64,000 nt of DNA from NCBI GenBank assembly GCA_963771175.1, contig CAVYSY010000040.1, positions 418,756 to 482,755 of the forward strand, read 5' to 3'. The notes beneath the pieces are model-generated. The model was not told the DNA's origin, searched no databases, and saw nothing but the letters and a program-made list of their open reading frames with translations. Numbering within the stretch: the first letter of the stretch is position 1; every line of letters begins with the position of its first letter. A program made the position numbers and the translations under genes. Below are positions 36,452-46,917 of the stretch, piece after piece. The stretch comes from an uncultured delta proteobacterium (lineage in GTDB: Bacteria > Myxococcota > Myxococcia > Myxococcales > Myxococcaceae).

Positions 36452-38218
36452 ATGCTGCGGACGCTCATCCCCCTCGCGTGCCTCGTACCAGCGCTGGCTT
36501 TGGCCCAGACCGCGGGGTTCCCCCTGCGCGGCAGGTCCCTGGTGGTCAACAACGGGCCGGGAGACCAGACGGATCCCCACGTGAGTGGTCCGGTGGTGGC
36601 CTACACCAACCAGCTCAGCCTCAGCAGCAGTGAGATTCGCGTCCACGATCTCGTCACGGGCGAGGACCGGGCCATCCCCACCCAGGGGGGCTACGACTCC
36701 ATCTCCGACGTCAGCGGCGACACGGTGGTGTTCACCCGCATCACCAGCTCCAGCCGCGTCTTCCGCTTCAATGTGCGCGAGGGAGGAGGGGCCCAGGAGC
36801 TCGCGCCTCGGGAGGGCGCGGACCGGCGCGCGGCCACCATCGGTGGCCAGACGGTGGCGTGGCAGGAACTGGGCTACATCGGCAGCTCCCAGCAGCCGGA
36901 GATCTTCGCCTACCGCCTGGACTCGCCCGCGCTCACCCGGCTGTCCGAGGACACGTCCGTGGACCGGACGCCCGCCGTCAGCGCGGACGGGACGACGGTG
37001 GCGTGGACGAAGTGCGCCACCAGCATCGCCGGATGCGACATCTGGGCGGCCCAGGCGGTCGAGGGGGGCTATCAAGTCGCCCAGCTCACCGGGCTGGAGG
37101 GAGAGGAGTCCCAGCCGGACACCAATGGCGAGGTGGTGGCGTACGTGACCCGGCGCACCGTGGACGGCGTGACGGAGGCGGACATCGCCTGGCAGCCGGT
37201 GGTTGGTGGCGAGGCCCGGCGCCTCCCGCTCCCGGGTCCGGACTCCAACCCCAACGTGAGCGGTCCGCTCATCGCCTTCGAGCGGCGGGAGGCCTCCAGC
37301 ACGTCGTCCAACTTCGACATCATGCTGTACGACCTGCGCACGCAGACGTTCTACCGCCTCACCGAGACGCCGGAGAGCGAGTCGCTCAACGACATCAGCG
37401 TGGAGCCGGACGGGATGGCGCGGGTGGTGTGGTCGGTGCGGGAGAATGGTGATCTCAACGTGTACGCCTACACGTTCCGCCTGCCTCCGACGGATTGCGC
37501 GCCGCAGCCCACCGTCGAGGCTCCGGAAGAGGTGTGCGCCTCGCCCGGCACGCGGCCGTTGTTGGGGAGTCTGCAGGTCACCCGCTCCACGGGGAATTCG
37601 GAGGTGCTCTCCACCCAGTTCGCGGCCAACGGCACCGGAGTGCTGTGTGTGGACAATGGCTTCGAGGGGTCTCCCGCCACCGCGGGCTGGGTGTGGCTCG
37701 GATTGGGTCTGAGCGTGGGGCCCGAGGACTTCGGGCAGGACGTGAAGAGTCTGGCCCTGGTCATCCCTCTCCAGGGGGAGAGCACCCTGTCGGCCCAGGT
37801 GGAGGGCGCGCCTGGAAGCGCCTTCCGGGTGCGCGTCTATGGGGAGTCGTCGTGTGAGTTTCCCCCGGTGGACGACGGACTGACGGGCGCGGAGTCCCTC
37901 CATGGCCAGTTCGTGCCCTCCGAGCCCGTGGGCTCCGGGTCGGAGAAGGCGCTCCTGTCCTCCTACTTCGTGCGGAGCGGCTACGAGGGGCGGCTGGAGT
38001 CGCCGGGCCGCGGCGAGGAGACCGGTGGGGCGGTGAAGGGAGGCGAGCCGGTCATGGCCGACGGGACGGTCCACCCGCTTCCGGAGAAGTCAGTCCCCGG
38101 CTGCAGCGCGGGGAGCGGTCCGGTGTCCCTGCTCGGGGTCTGGATGCTCGCCGCGTTGCTGTTCCGTCACGGGCCCGCCCGGGCGCGGAGCCGGGCTCCT
38201 GGTGCCTCGCGGCGATAG
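36452..38218 (+). CDS. Secreted TolB-like beta-propeller protein with a MYXO-CTERM-like tail
   Basis: GGAGG RBS; signal peptide; repeated DQTDPHVSG / PAVSADG / PNVSG blades; GCSAGSGPVSLLGVWMLAALLFR tail. Confidence 0.75.
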   Translation: MLRTLIPLACLVPALALAQTAGFPLRGRSLVVNNGPGDQTDPHVSGPVVAYTNQLSLSSSEIRVHDLVTGEDRAIPTQGGYDSISDVSGDTVVFTRITSSSRVFRFNVREGGGAQELAPREGADRRAATIGGQTVAWQELGYIGSSQQPEIFAYRLDSPALTRLSEDTSVDRTPAVSADGTTVAWTKCATSIAGCDIWAAQAVEGGYQVAQLTGLEGEESQPDTNGEVVAYVTRRTVDGVTEADIAWQPVVGGEARRLPLPGPDSNPNVSGPLIAFERREASSTSSNFDIMLYDLRTQTFYRLTETPESESLNDISVEPDGMARVVWSVRENGDLNVYAYTFRLPPTDCAPQPTVEAPEEVCASPGTRPLLGSLQVTRSTGNSEVLSTQFAANGTGVLCVDNGFEGSPATAGWVWLGLGLSVGPEDFGQDVKSLALVIPLQGESTLSAQVEGAPGSAFRVRVYGESSCEFPPVDDGLTGAESLHGQFVPSEPVGSGSEKALLSSYFVRSGYEGRLESPGRGEETGGAVKGGEPVMADGTVHPLPEKSVPGCSAGSGPVSLLGVWMLAALLFRHGPARARSRAPGASRR

Positions 38219-38271
38219 CATTTCGAGTGCGGCGCGGTCGCTGATAAATTACCGACACTCTGAACCCCCTC

Positions 38272-40185
38272 TTGCCAATGCTGCTCCTGGTCGCCACGGC
38301 GGCGTCCGGGGACACGCTCGACATCCTGGGCCCGTCCGCGGCCGTGCCACCCGAGGGCTTCTCCATCGCCCTGGTGCGACGGGAGGCCGCGGGTGCGCCC
38401 GTGGTGGCCGAGGGGGTCTCGGTGTCCGCGCGCGGGGCGAAGCTGGTGCCTGGGCCCGAGCAGAAGCCTCTGCGGACCTTCATGGTCATTCCGAACCCGG
38501 GCACCCGGGAGGTGCGGGTGGAGGCCGAAGGCTCGGGGCTGAGGGCGGAAGCCCGGTACGAGCTGGGCCCGCCGGCCACCCAGGTGTCGCTCGCGGTGGA
38601 GCCGCCCGCTCCCGTGAAGGGGCGGGACACGGAGGCCCGGCTCACGGTGCGGATGCTCCGGCCGGATGGCTCGCCGGATGACACCAGCGCCCCGCCCGTG
38701 CTGCGGGCCAACGTGGGTCGCGTGGAGGGCCTGACTCGCACCGGGCCCGGCGCCTGGCAGGCCCGCTACGTCCTGCCGGAGACGCGCTACCCGGAGGTGG
38801 CCATCCTGGTGGCCCTCTCGGCGTGGCCCCACCCTCAGTCCATCCACGGCGCCTACGGCAAGGTGCTGGTGCCGCTCTCCACCTCGGTGGAGCTGCCGGG
38901 TCGCACCTCGCCGGACGCGGAGATCTCCGTCACCATCGCCGGCGTGCCCTTCGGGCCGGTGAAGGCCGCTCCGGACGGGCGCTTCCGGCTGCCGGTCATC
39001 GTTCCCCCTGGCCACCGATTCGGGGAGAGCCGCGCGGTGGACTCAGCGGGCAACGTGCGGCGCTCGCGGATCGACCTGGCGCTGCCTCCCACGGATGGGC
39101 TGGCGTGCGTCCTCAATCCCCAGCGGCTCCCGGCGGACGGCGTCTCGCGGGCACGCCTGCTGTGCGCCACCAGTGACGACTCTGGCCGGCCCGTGCTGGA
39201 CGCGCGGGTGAATGCCTCGGTTCGCCATGGCTCGTTGCGTGGCCCGACGCGGGCCGAGGGCGGCCTGCTCGAGTGGATCTACACCGCACCGAGCACCCAG
39301 CCCGCGGGGCCGGATGCGCTGGTGGCCACCTGGCCGGAGCGCGGGGCGAGCTCGCGCGAGGAGTTGTTACTGCAGCTCGTGCAGGGGCCGGTGGCGCGGG
39401 CCTCCTTGGCCCTGGCCGAGCCGCTGGTGCACCTCGGCTCGACGACGGCTGTTACCGTCACCACGCAGGACGCCTTTGGACGGCCGAGGCCGGGGGCTCG
39501 GGTGGTGCTGGAGTCGCCGCTGGGCACGTTCAACCCGCCGCGCGAGGAGTCTCAGGGCGTGTTCACCAGCTCCTGGGTGTTGCCACGGCAGGGGCGGCCG
39601 GGCGAGACGGTGGTGAAGGTGCTCGCGGATGGTCCTCCCGGCACGGAGCCGGCGCGCCTTTGGGTCTGGGCGCGAGGGGGCGTGCTGTACGCGGGCGTGA
39701 CGGACCTGGCCGGGCTGCCGGTGCCGGCGCAGCCGCTGCGCGTCGGGGGAGAGGAGCGGGTGACGGGCGAGGGCGGGACGGTGGAGCTCGGTCCCCTGCG
39801 TCCGGGCCGGCTGGAGGTGGTGCATGGCCAGTGGCCGGGCCTGCGGCAGACGGTGCACGTGGTGGCCGAGGGCGGGCCGGTGTTCCCGCTGGAGCCGCCG
39901 CTCGTGCCGGCCCTGGCGGAGCAGTCGGTGCGGCTGGCGCCTCCCGTGCCGGTGAACGTGCGGCTGAAGGTGGAGGGCCCGCGCGTCACGTTCTGGGTGG
40001 AGGACGCCTCGGGGCGGGTGCTGGAGGGCCGCAACGTCCACGTGTGGCTGTCCGCGGGCGAGCAGGGCCCCGTGGATGTCCGCGAGGGACGGAGCAGCTT
40101 CCGGGTGAAGCATGAGGGGCCGGTGACTGTCTCCGTGGCGGACGTGGCCACCGGGGTCACCGCGCTCGCCGAGGTGCGGCCTTGA
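38272..40185 (+). CDS. Exported multi-Ig (Big_1/invasin-like) hypothetical protein
   Basis: Beta-rich; LPADGVSRA, VTVTTQDAFGRPRPGARV motifs; start uncertain. Confidence 0.7.
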   Translation: MPMLLLVATAASGDTLDILGPSAAVPPEGFSIALVRREAAGAPVVAEGVSVSARGAKLVPGPEQKPLRTFMVIPNPGTREVRVEAEGSGLRAEARYELGPPATQVSLAVEPPAPVKGRDTEARLTVRMLRPDGSPDDTSAPPVLRANVGRVEGLTRTGPGAWQARYVLPETRYPEVAILVALSAWPHPQSIHGAYGKVLVPLSTSVELPGRTSPDAEISVTIAGVPFGPVKAAPDGRFRLPVIVPPGHRFGESRAVDSAGNVRRSRIDLALPPTDGLACVLNPQRLPADGVSRARLLCATSDDSGRPVLDARVNASVRHGSLRGPTRAEGGLLEWIYTAPSTQPAGPDALVATWPERGASSREELLLQLVQGPVARASLALAEPLVHLGSTTAVTVTTQDAFGRPRPGARVVLESPLGTFNPPREESQGVFTSSWVLPRQGRPGETVVKVLADGPPGTEPARLWVWARGGVLYAGVTDLAGLPVPAQPLRVGGEERVTGEGGTVELGPLRPGRLEVVHGQWPGLRQTVHVVAEGGPVFPLEPPLVPALAEQSVRLAPPVPVNVRLKVEGPRVTFWVEDASGRVLEGRNVHVWLSAGEQGPVDVREGRSSFRVKHEGPVTVSVADVATGVTALAEVRP

Positions 40186-43100
40186 GGGGCGCGGCCTGGG
40201 CGTTGTGCGTCTTCCTGCTTCCGGCCGCCGCATGGGCGCAGCTCGCGAGGGCGGATGCGCAGGAGCTGGCGGCGGCCATCGTCGGGCGCGTGTGTCGAGA
40301 TCTCAATGAGGACGGACGCTGCGCCCCCGAGGAGCCGGGCCTCGCCGACATCCGGCTGGTGCTGGCCACCGGCCGCGAGGTGCGCACGGACGCCCAGGGG
40401 CGCTACCACTTCGCGGGAGTGGACGCGCGCGCCCCTGACGTGACGGGCGGCGTCCACCTGCGGCCCGGCCGGCACCGGGTGCGGGTGGATGCGAGGACGC
40501 TGCCTCCCGACAGCGAGGCCTCGCCCGAGGCCGTCACGGTGGAGGTGCCCTGGGCCGCCGTGGTGCTCCAGGACTTCGCGGTGCGCACGCGGCCCGAGCC
40601 CCTGCCTTCCATGGCGCTCTCCTATGCTGCGGCGCCCCCCTCGGCGGCGGTGGTGCCGGGCGGAGTGGAGTTCCTCGTCGCCGGGCACTCCTCGCCAGGG
40701 GACGAGGTGACGGTGGGCGGCGTCGCGGCGGAGGTGGACGAGCGGGGCGACTGGCGCGCGCGCGTGCGGCTCGTGCAGGGGGAGAACGTGCTGTCCCTCT
40801 ACGCCCTCGGGCCCGAGGGCACGCTGCGACTCTTCCGCCAGCGCATCGACGTGGTGTCGCGTGACGGGGGGTTGCTCGTCATTCCGCGTGAGCCCGAGCC
40901 CGCCGGGACGCTGCGGTTGCCGGGGCGGAGGGGCGAGCCCGCGGCGAGTGGCGCCTCCTCGTTGAGCGCCGAGTTCCCCACGGGCACGCGCGTGCGCTCG
41001 CCCCTGGGAGAGGTGACGGTGGGGCCGGAGGGCTTCGCGCTGGTGCCATTGGTGCTCATCCCGGGCCGCAACCCGGTGGTGCTGGAGGTGCAGCCGCCCG
41101 GCGAACCCGCGCGGACGGTGACGGTGCAGGTGGAGGCGGTGTCTCGCGCCTTCGCGGTGGGGTTGCTGGACGTGGAGGCCACGTTCGCGCCCGGCAACGG
41201 GGACTTCCGGCTGCGGGGGCGAGGCGCGGCCCACGGCGAGGCGCGCCTGGGGCCCTTCTCCCTCGCCGGCGAGTTGGATCTGCGGGACACCGACGTGGAC
41301 GGCCTGCGCGGGCGGCCCGTGGCGGACTGGCTGCGCGCTCGCCTCCCGAGGTTGGACAGGGCACCGGATCCGGACCTGGCCATCGCCGAGTGGGGAGACG
41401 AGTCCGTGGGACTCACACCCAACCCCGCCGAGGGCCGACTGCGGCTCGAGGTGCGCCACGACCAGTTCGGCCGGGTGGGCCTGGGGACGTACCGGGTGCT
41501 GCAGGCGGAAGGGGAGGTGGGCCGCTACCACCGTCCCATCTTCGGCCCCTACGCGCAGCTCGCGGCGGAGCTGGGGCGGCTGCGCGTGGGCGTGGACGCC
41601 TTCGCCGGAGGGCTGGAGGACCCGACGCGGGCGCTCTCCTCCGTACCCGCGTACGAGGAGCTGCGCGCCACTGGCGGCAGCCTCTACTACCTGGGCTCGG
41701 GCTCGGTGGCGGAGGGCTCGGAGTTGTTGCGCGTGGAGGTGCGCGACGGCGTCACCGGGCTGCCACTCGGCGAGCGCCACCTCATTCGGGGCCGGGACTA
41801 CGACATCGACTATTCGGCGGGCCGCATCCTCCTGGCGCGCCCGCTGTCCATTCTCGCCGGGGCGCCGCTGCTGCGCGCGGATCCGCTGACGGCCGCGCCA
41901 GAGCCCGTCCTCACCGTGCAGTACGCGGTGATGAGGCTGGACGATGCGGCCGACACCGCTGGAGGCGAGGCCTGGGCGGAGTGGACGGGCGGCCGGGCCT
42001 CCGTGTCCGCCGTGCGCGAGCAGCGCTCCGGGAAGCCCTACCTGCTCTTCTCCGGGCACGCGCGCACCACGCTGGGCGGCTACACGCTGCGGGCCGAGGT
42101 GGCCCGGAGCCAGGGCGAGGCCCTGCTGGCGGAGCTGCGCGGCGTGTCGGACGACGGCGGCCTCACCTTCCTCCGGCCCGATGAGGAGGCGGAGCTGGGG
42201 AGCGGGCAGGCCCTGGGGCTGCGCCTGAGCGGGCCGGGTCTCTTCGGGGCTGGCTCCGTGGACGCGGCCTTCCGGTGGCGCTCGGCGGGCTTCTCCGATG
42301 GCACCCACGCGGACACCGCGCTCTTCCGCCAGGTGTCGCTGCGCGCCGTGCAGCCGCTGGGTCGCTGGCGCCTCACCCTCCTCGGGGATGATCGGCGCTC
42401 GGCGGACCCCCGGCTGCCCTTCTCCGAGACGCCGTTGGAGGCGCGCACGCTGGGCGTGGACTTCGGCTACGAGGGGGACGGATGGGGCGTGGGCGTGGAG
42501 TTGCGCGACGCCAGCCTGCGCGCCAGCGAGGTGCCCGGTGAGGGGCCGCTGCTCGACGGAGGCCGCACCTCGGCGGGGCTCCATGGCCACCTGCGGGTGA
42601 ACGACTGGCTGGGCGTGTCGGCCAGCCACCGGCAGGCGCTGGTGCGGCGCGGTGAGGGCCCGGGTCGGGTGGACGACACCTTCTCCTCGGCGGGCGTGGA
42701 CGTGACGCTCGACGACGAGGCCGTGGTGGGCGTGCGCGGGGGCTGGGGCCCGCGGTTGGGGCCGCTGGCGTGGGTGCAGGGCACGTGGCGCCGGGGGCAG
42801 GACGTCTACTACGGCGGCTACTCGGTGGACGTGGACGGTCCGGACTTCGGCGCGGCCCGCGCGGTGAGTGGGGCGAGCACGGAGCTGGGAGCTGGAACGA
42901 GCCTCTTCGTGGAGGACGTCGCCTCGCATGACGCCAACGCGGTGCGCCTGGCGCGGGCGGTGGGCTTCCAGCAGACCGTCTTCGACGCGCTGCATGTGGG
43001 CGCTCGCTATGAGCGCGGCGTGCGCCATCCGCTGCTGGACGTGCCGAGCCCGCTGCGGCGCGACGTGGCGAGCGTCTCCGGCCAGCTCGTCCTGGAGCGC

Positions 43101-43772
43101 TTCCGGGCCGACGGGCGCATGGAGATGGGCTTCACGCGGGGCTCGCCGGTGCGCGGCGCGACGGAGCCGGTGGATCGCATCCAGGTGGTGATGACGCTCG
43201 CGACCGAGGCGGTGCTGCGCGAGGACCTGTCGCTCTCCGGCCGCATGAACTACAGCCGCACCTACGACCGCGAGACGCGGGAGGCGGAGGCGCGGCTGCT
43301 CGAGGGCTACGCGGCGCTCGCCTGGAGACCGGAGCCCTTCCTGGTGGTGGCGCGTTACGGCCTCACCCGCGAGCTGCTGCCTGGTGAGCGAGCGGCCTTC
43401 GGAGAACGTGCCCAGCATATAATTTCACTGCTGCCGGCGGTGCGACTGGGGGACCGGTTCGCACTGGCGGCGGGGCTTCATGCGGGCCTCAGCAAACTGG
43501 AAGATGTTGAGATATGGGTGCTGACGGGTTCCCTGCGTCCGTCGGTGCGGGTGGTGGGGGGCTTGGAGGTGGCGGTGGAGGCGGCGATGAGGTCGGTGGC
43601 GCCGGATGGGGAAGAGTTGGGTTCGCTACGTGGCGAAGTGGCGTACCGGGTGGACGAGCGACTGCGTGTGGCCACGGGCTATACGCTGCTGGGGTTCTCC
43701 GGGACGGGCTTGCCGGAGGAGGCACGCGATGGTTCCGACAGGCTCTATCTTCGGGCAGAGCTGGCGTACTAG
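40182..43772 (+). CDS. Large outer-membrane protein (SdrD_B-like N-terminus, Ig domains, C-terminal beta-barrel)
   Basis: Signal peptide; GRVCRDLNEDG...EPGLADIRL...TDAQGRYHF; long amphipathic strands; terminal LYLRAELAY beta-signal. Confidence 0.8.
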   Translation: MRGAAWALCVFLLPAAAWAQLARADAQELAAAIVGRVCRDLNEDGRCAPEEPGLADIRLVLATGREVRTDAQGRYHFAGVDARAPDVTGGVHLRPGRHRVRVDARTLPPDSEASPEAVTVEVPWAAVVLQDFAVRTRPEPLPSMALSYAAAPPSAAVVPGGVEFLVAGHSSPGDEVTVGGVAAEVDERGDWRARVRLVQGENVLSLYALGPEGTLRLFRQRIDVVSRDGGLLVIPREPEPAGTLRLPGRRGEPAASGASSLSAEFPTGTRVRSPLGEVTVGPEGFALVPLVLIPGRNPVVLEVQPPGEPARTVTVQVEAVSRAFAVGLLDVEATFAPGNGDFRLRGRGAAHGEARLGPFSLAGELDLRDTDVDGLRGRPVADWLRARLPRLDRAPDPDLAIAEWGDESVGLTPNPAEGRLRLEVRHDQFGRVGLGTYRVLQAEGEVGRYHRPIFGPYAQLAAELGRLRVGVDAFAGGLEDPTRALSSVPAYEELRATGGSLYYLGSGSVAEGSELLRVEVRDGVTGLPLGERHLIRGRDYDIDYSAGRILLARPLSILAGAPLLRADPLTAAPEPVLTVQYAVMRLDDAADTAGGEAWAEWTGGRASVSAVREQRSGKPYLLFSGHARTTLGGYTLRAEVARSQGEALLAELRGVSDDGGLTFLRPDEEAELGSGQALGLRLSGPGLFGAGSVDAAFRWRSAGFSDGTHADTALFRQVSLRAVQPLGRWRLTLLGDDRRSADPRLPFSETPLEARTLGVDFGYEGDGWGVGVELRDASLRASEVPGEGPLLDGGRTSAGLHGHLRVNDWLGVSASHRQALVRRGEGPGRVDDTFSSAGVDVTLDDEAVVGVRGGWGPRLGPLAWVQGTWRRGQDVYYGGYSVDVDGPDFGAARAVSGASTELGAGTSLFVEDVASHDANAVRLARAVGFQQTVFDALHVGARYERGVRHPLLDVPSPLRRDVASVSGQLVLERFRADGRMEMGFTRGSPVRGATEPVDRIQVVMTLATEAVLREDLSLSGRMNYSRTYDRETREAEARLLEGYAALAWRPEPFLVVARYGLTRELLPGERAAFGERAQHIISLLPAVRLGDRFALAAGLHAGLSKLEDVEIWVLTGSLRPSVRVVGGLEVAVEAAMRSVAPDGEELGSLRGEVAYRVDERLRVATGYTLLGFSGTGLPEEARDGSDRLYLRAELAY

Positions 43773-43794
43773 GTGGGGCGCGCGCCTGAGGCGC

Positions 43795-46700
43795 GTGGGC
43801 CTGGGCCTCGTCGCGAGCCTGGTGCTGCTGGTGGCCGCGAGCGCGCACGCCGACTGGCAGACCCAGCTCTCCCTGCCCGCGGATGCCGGGACGCCCAGGA
43901 GCTTCGTGGAGACGTGGGCACCCGGGACCTTCTCGGTGGGCACCTCCACCGAGGCCGTGCTGTTCGTGGACGGTGTCTATTCGCGGTCTCTGCCAGGCAC
44001 CTCGGCGGGTACCTTTTACGATGCGACGGCGGACTGCTTCACCTCCGTCCTGGCCTCCGTGGACGGGGCTCGCCGCAGCAGCAACGCTCTGGGTACGCCG
44101 TGTGGAGGGGGTACTCCCATCGCCTCGTTCACTTCGGCGGGGCCCATCGTCCGGGCGAGGCAGTCCGCCAGCGGTGGGGGAGCCGCCGCGGTGGCCTCGG
44201 GCTTGACCTCCGACGTGTACTTCGCGGATGCCGGCATCTCCGGCGCGCCCGCCTTCCAGTGGAGAGACGCCGAGGATATCGAATTCAAATCTCTGCTCGG
44301 TGTGGTGCGGGCGGGTGACATGCTGTATGCGCTCGTCGGCACGTCGAGCGACGACGCGCTCGTCTACTGGTTCGCCGCTCGGGAAGACCTTCGGTTCTTC
44401 TCCCAGGGCAACCCGGGCGCGGGAAAGGTGCTGGCGATCGACCTGTTCACCGCCGATGGCGGCTCCGTGCCCTATGCGGTGGTGGGCACGGAGAAGGGAT
44501 TCTTGCAGGGGGCCCCCAAGGAGCTCGGCCGAGAGATCCTCCCGGTCCAGATGCTCGACGGAGGCCTGGGCGTGGTGGACGTGTCCCTGAACGTGAATCC
44601 CGGGGGGGCGAACGGACGCGGGTTCGGCATGGCTGTCGTGGCGCTGACGGACGGCGGCTCTTCCTCGGTGATGGGCGCGGTGCCCATGCTCGACTACACG
44701 CAGGCGGGCACCCGCTGGCTGTCGAGGCCCCTCCCGCCGGAGTTCGCGGGCACCCCCCTGAAGTTCGTCTCCTGTACGGGCGCGAGCTACTGCGTCGCCG
44801 CCGGCGAACAGGGCTCGAACAACCTCCTCATCTACACCAACGACGCGGGCCCGCGGATCTCGGACACCGTGGTGGAACTCGGCGAGAGTGATGCCGGCCA
44901 GTTCACCTTCACGGCGACCGACACGGATGGAGACCCGGTGCTGCTGACGCTCCCCTCTTCGGGGAGCGTCGGGGCGTCGTGGTCCCTGGAGCAGGTCGAC
45001 GCGGGAGTGGATGGCCGGTGGCAGCCGGGAGACCCGCTCGTGGTGAGGGTCACCAGCGGCTCCGTCTGCGAGAGCGGGACCGTGGGCTCCTTCGAGGTCC
45101 GCGCCGCGGACGGTCTGGCGGCCCATGACACCGCGAAGGTGTTTCCGGTGTTCGTACGGCACACCCGGGCGCCGAGCATTCCCCCGGTGAGCATCCCCGA
45201 TGGGGGACTGGTCGCGGGACGGTTCGAGCCCTGGCGGATGGAGGTGCTCGGCGACGTGACGGAAGCGGGCTGCGCGCTCACCGGATTCGGTTGGAGCACG
45301 GATGCGGGGACGGTGGGTCCGTCGCTGGAGCAGCAGAGTGGGGGCCGCGTCGCGGTCCTCAAGGCTCCGGCCACCCTCTGCGTGGCGGGTGGGGCGGACT
45401 TCCCCTTCACGCTCACGGTGAACGACGACGCGGGCCTCTCCAACTCCAAGGAGTTCAAGGTCCACGTGGCGCCGTGGGGCGATCCGAACGCCGCCTTCGA
45501 TGGGGGCGTGGTGACCCTGACCGCGGGGCAGTCGCTGCTCGTCGCGCCTGAGCAGCCCCTTCACGTGTGCGAGACGAGCGGCGGTTTCCCGGGGGTGGAG
45601 ACCACCTGGGAACTCGACGGCGGCCCCGTGCTCCCCGAGGGCATCACGTTCCGGAGGACGGACACCGGCGAGGTGGTATCGGCCTTCCCGGTGCGGGCGC
45701 CAGGGCTTCAGGTGGAGGCTCGGGAGTGCCTCGATTCGACCCGGCTGACGTTCACCGCGGTGAACCAACTGCAGACCGCGGAGGCCCTCTTCTCCAGTTC
45801 GCCCACGGTGCGCGAGGTGGACATCCAGACGAATGTGAGTCCGATGGACGCGGGCGTGCTCCAGCTCGCCCCGACGCCGCTGCTCCCGGACCCGGTGGTG
45901 GAGGTGGGGTTGGGCTCGAGCAACCTCAACTGCCTCGATTCCCGTGGACTGGTCGCCGAGCTCCGGCTCGAGCACCTGGACGGAGGCGTGGTGGCGCGGG
46001 AGGCGGTGGATTTCTCCTCGGGCAAGTGGCTCGTCGACACGGGCACGGGATGTGAGGGAGGTCGCTTCCGGGTGGCGGGCTCGCTGGAGGACAAGTCGGG
46101 CGGACGCACCTCCGAGGCATCGGTCGATCTGGAGATGCCCCGGGTGGCCGCGGGGCTGGAGGCGCTGCCGGAGGACTCGGTGCTGGTGGCCCGCTGTGGC
46201 GAGGGGGCGCGTGCCTCGCTGACGCAGGCCTTCCCGAAGGACGCCTGCCAGAAGTCGGATGTCACGTGGTCGCGGCTCTCGGGTCCGGAGCTCGCGCAGG
46301 ACTTCCTGAGCGGTGCCACGGTGTCGCTGGCCACGCGGGACACCGAGCTGGACTCGCTGGTGGGCGAGTCCGTGGTGATGCAGGTGACGGCGAACGCGGG
46401 CCCGGGCAACGAGGCCTCGCTGCAACACGTGCTGCCCATCACCGTGGAGCCCTTCGTGCGGGTACGGCGTCGCACCGAGGTGCCGGCCGCCTCGGATACG
46501 GGGCTCGTGGGCATCTCCCTCACGCTCACCAACACCACCCCCTGCGCCGTGAAGGACGTGAGCTTCGTGGAGCGGCTGGCGGGCCTGACGTACGTGGAGG
46601 GCAGCGCGCGGTACGAAGGCCAGCCCCTGGAGGCGAGCTGGGTGGATGGCGTGCTCACCGTGAAGGGGTTGTCGCTCGAGGGAGGCGGCTCCGGAAGGCT

Positions 46701-46905
46701 CACCTATGTGGCGCGCCCGCACCTGGTGGGCGAGCGCCGCATGGAGGGCGAGGCCCGGCTGCGCGAGGTGCTCATCTCCATCCGCGACGCCTCCGGCCCC
46801 CAGGTGCCCGATTCCGGCTGCGGCTGCACCAGCTCGGGTCCGGGCCCGGTGCTGTTCGCGCTCGGGGCGCTGGTGGCGGCCGTGCGCCGCCGCCGCCGAC
46901 GGTAG
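43795..46905 (+). CDS. Large Cys-containing surface protein with a DUF11-like domain and MYXO-CTERM anchor
   Basis: Signal peptide ..AASAHA; ISLTLTNT...ERLAGLTYVEGSA DUF11-like; GCGCTSSGPGPVLFALGALVAAVRRRRRR; start may be 43773. Confidence 0.85.
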   Translation: MGLGLVASLVLLVAASAHADWQTQLSLPADAGTPRSFVETWAPGTFSVGTSTEAVLFVDGVYSRSLPGTSAGTFYDATADCFTSVLASVDGARRSSNALGTPCGGGTPIASFTSAGPIVRARQSASGGGAAAVASGLTSDVYFADAGISGAPAFQWRDAEDIEFKSLLGVVRAGDMLYALVGTSSDDALVYWFAAREDLRFFSQGNPGAGKVLAIDLFTADGGSVPYAVVGTEKGFLQGAPKELGREILPVQMLDGGLGVVDVSLNVNPGGANGRGFGMAVVALTDGGSSSVMGAVPMLDYTQAGTRWLSRPLPPEFAGTPLKFVSCTGASYCVAAGEQGSNNLLIYTNDAGPRISDTVVELGESDAGQFTFTATDTDGDPVLLTLPSSGSVGASWSLEQVDAGVDGRWQPGDPLVVRVTSGSVCESGTVGSFEVRAADGLAAHDTAKVFPVFVRHTRAPSIPPVSIPDGGLVAGRFEPWRMEVLGDVTEAGCALTGFGWSTDAGTVGPSLEQQSGGRVAVLKAPATLCVAGGADFPFTLTVNDDAGLSNSKEFKVHVAPWGDPNAAFDGGVVTLTAGQSLLVAPEQPLHVCETSGGFPGVETTWELDGGPVLPEGITFRRTDTGEVVSAFPVRAPGLQVEARECLDSTRLTFTAVNQLQTAEALFSSSPTVREVDIQTNVSPMDAGVLQLAPTPLLPDPVVEVGLGSSNLNCLDSRGLVAELRLEHLDGGVVAREAVDFSSGKWLVDTGTGCEGGRFRVAGSLEDKSGGRTSEASVDLEMPRVAAGLEALPEDSVLVARCGEGARASLTQAFPKDACQKSDVTWSRLSGPELAQDFLSGATVSLATRDTELDSLVGESVVMQVTANAGPGNEASLQHVLPITVEPFVRVRRRTEVPAASDTGLVGISLTLTNTTPCAVKDVSFVERLAGLTYVEGSARYEGQPLEASWVDGVLTVKGLSLEGGGSGRLTYVARPHLVGERRMEGEARLREVLISIRDASGPQVPDSGCGCTSSGPGPVLFALGALVAAVRRRRRR

Positions 46906-46917
46906 CGGGCCCTCGTC

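Noticed and set aside
40182..43772. Flagellar motor/OmpA-type function
   Set aside because: No OmpA/MotB peptidoglycan-binding motif is visible and there are no flagellar genes nearby
39552..46722. Very long minus-strand ORFs (1288 aa and 1077 aa)
   Set aside because: Antisense shadows of high-GC plus-strand genes; Arg/His/Pro-rich with no motifs
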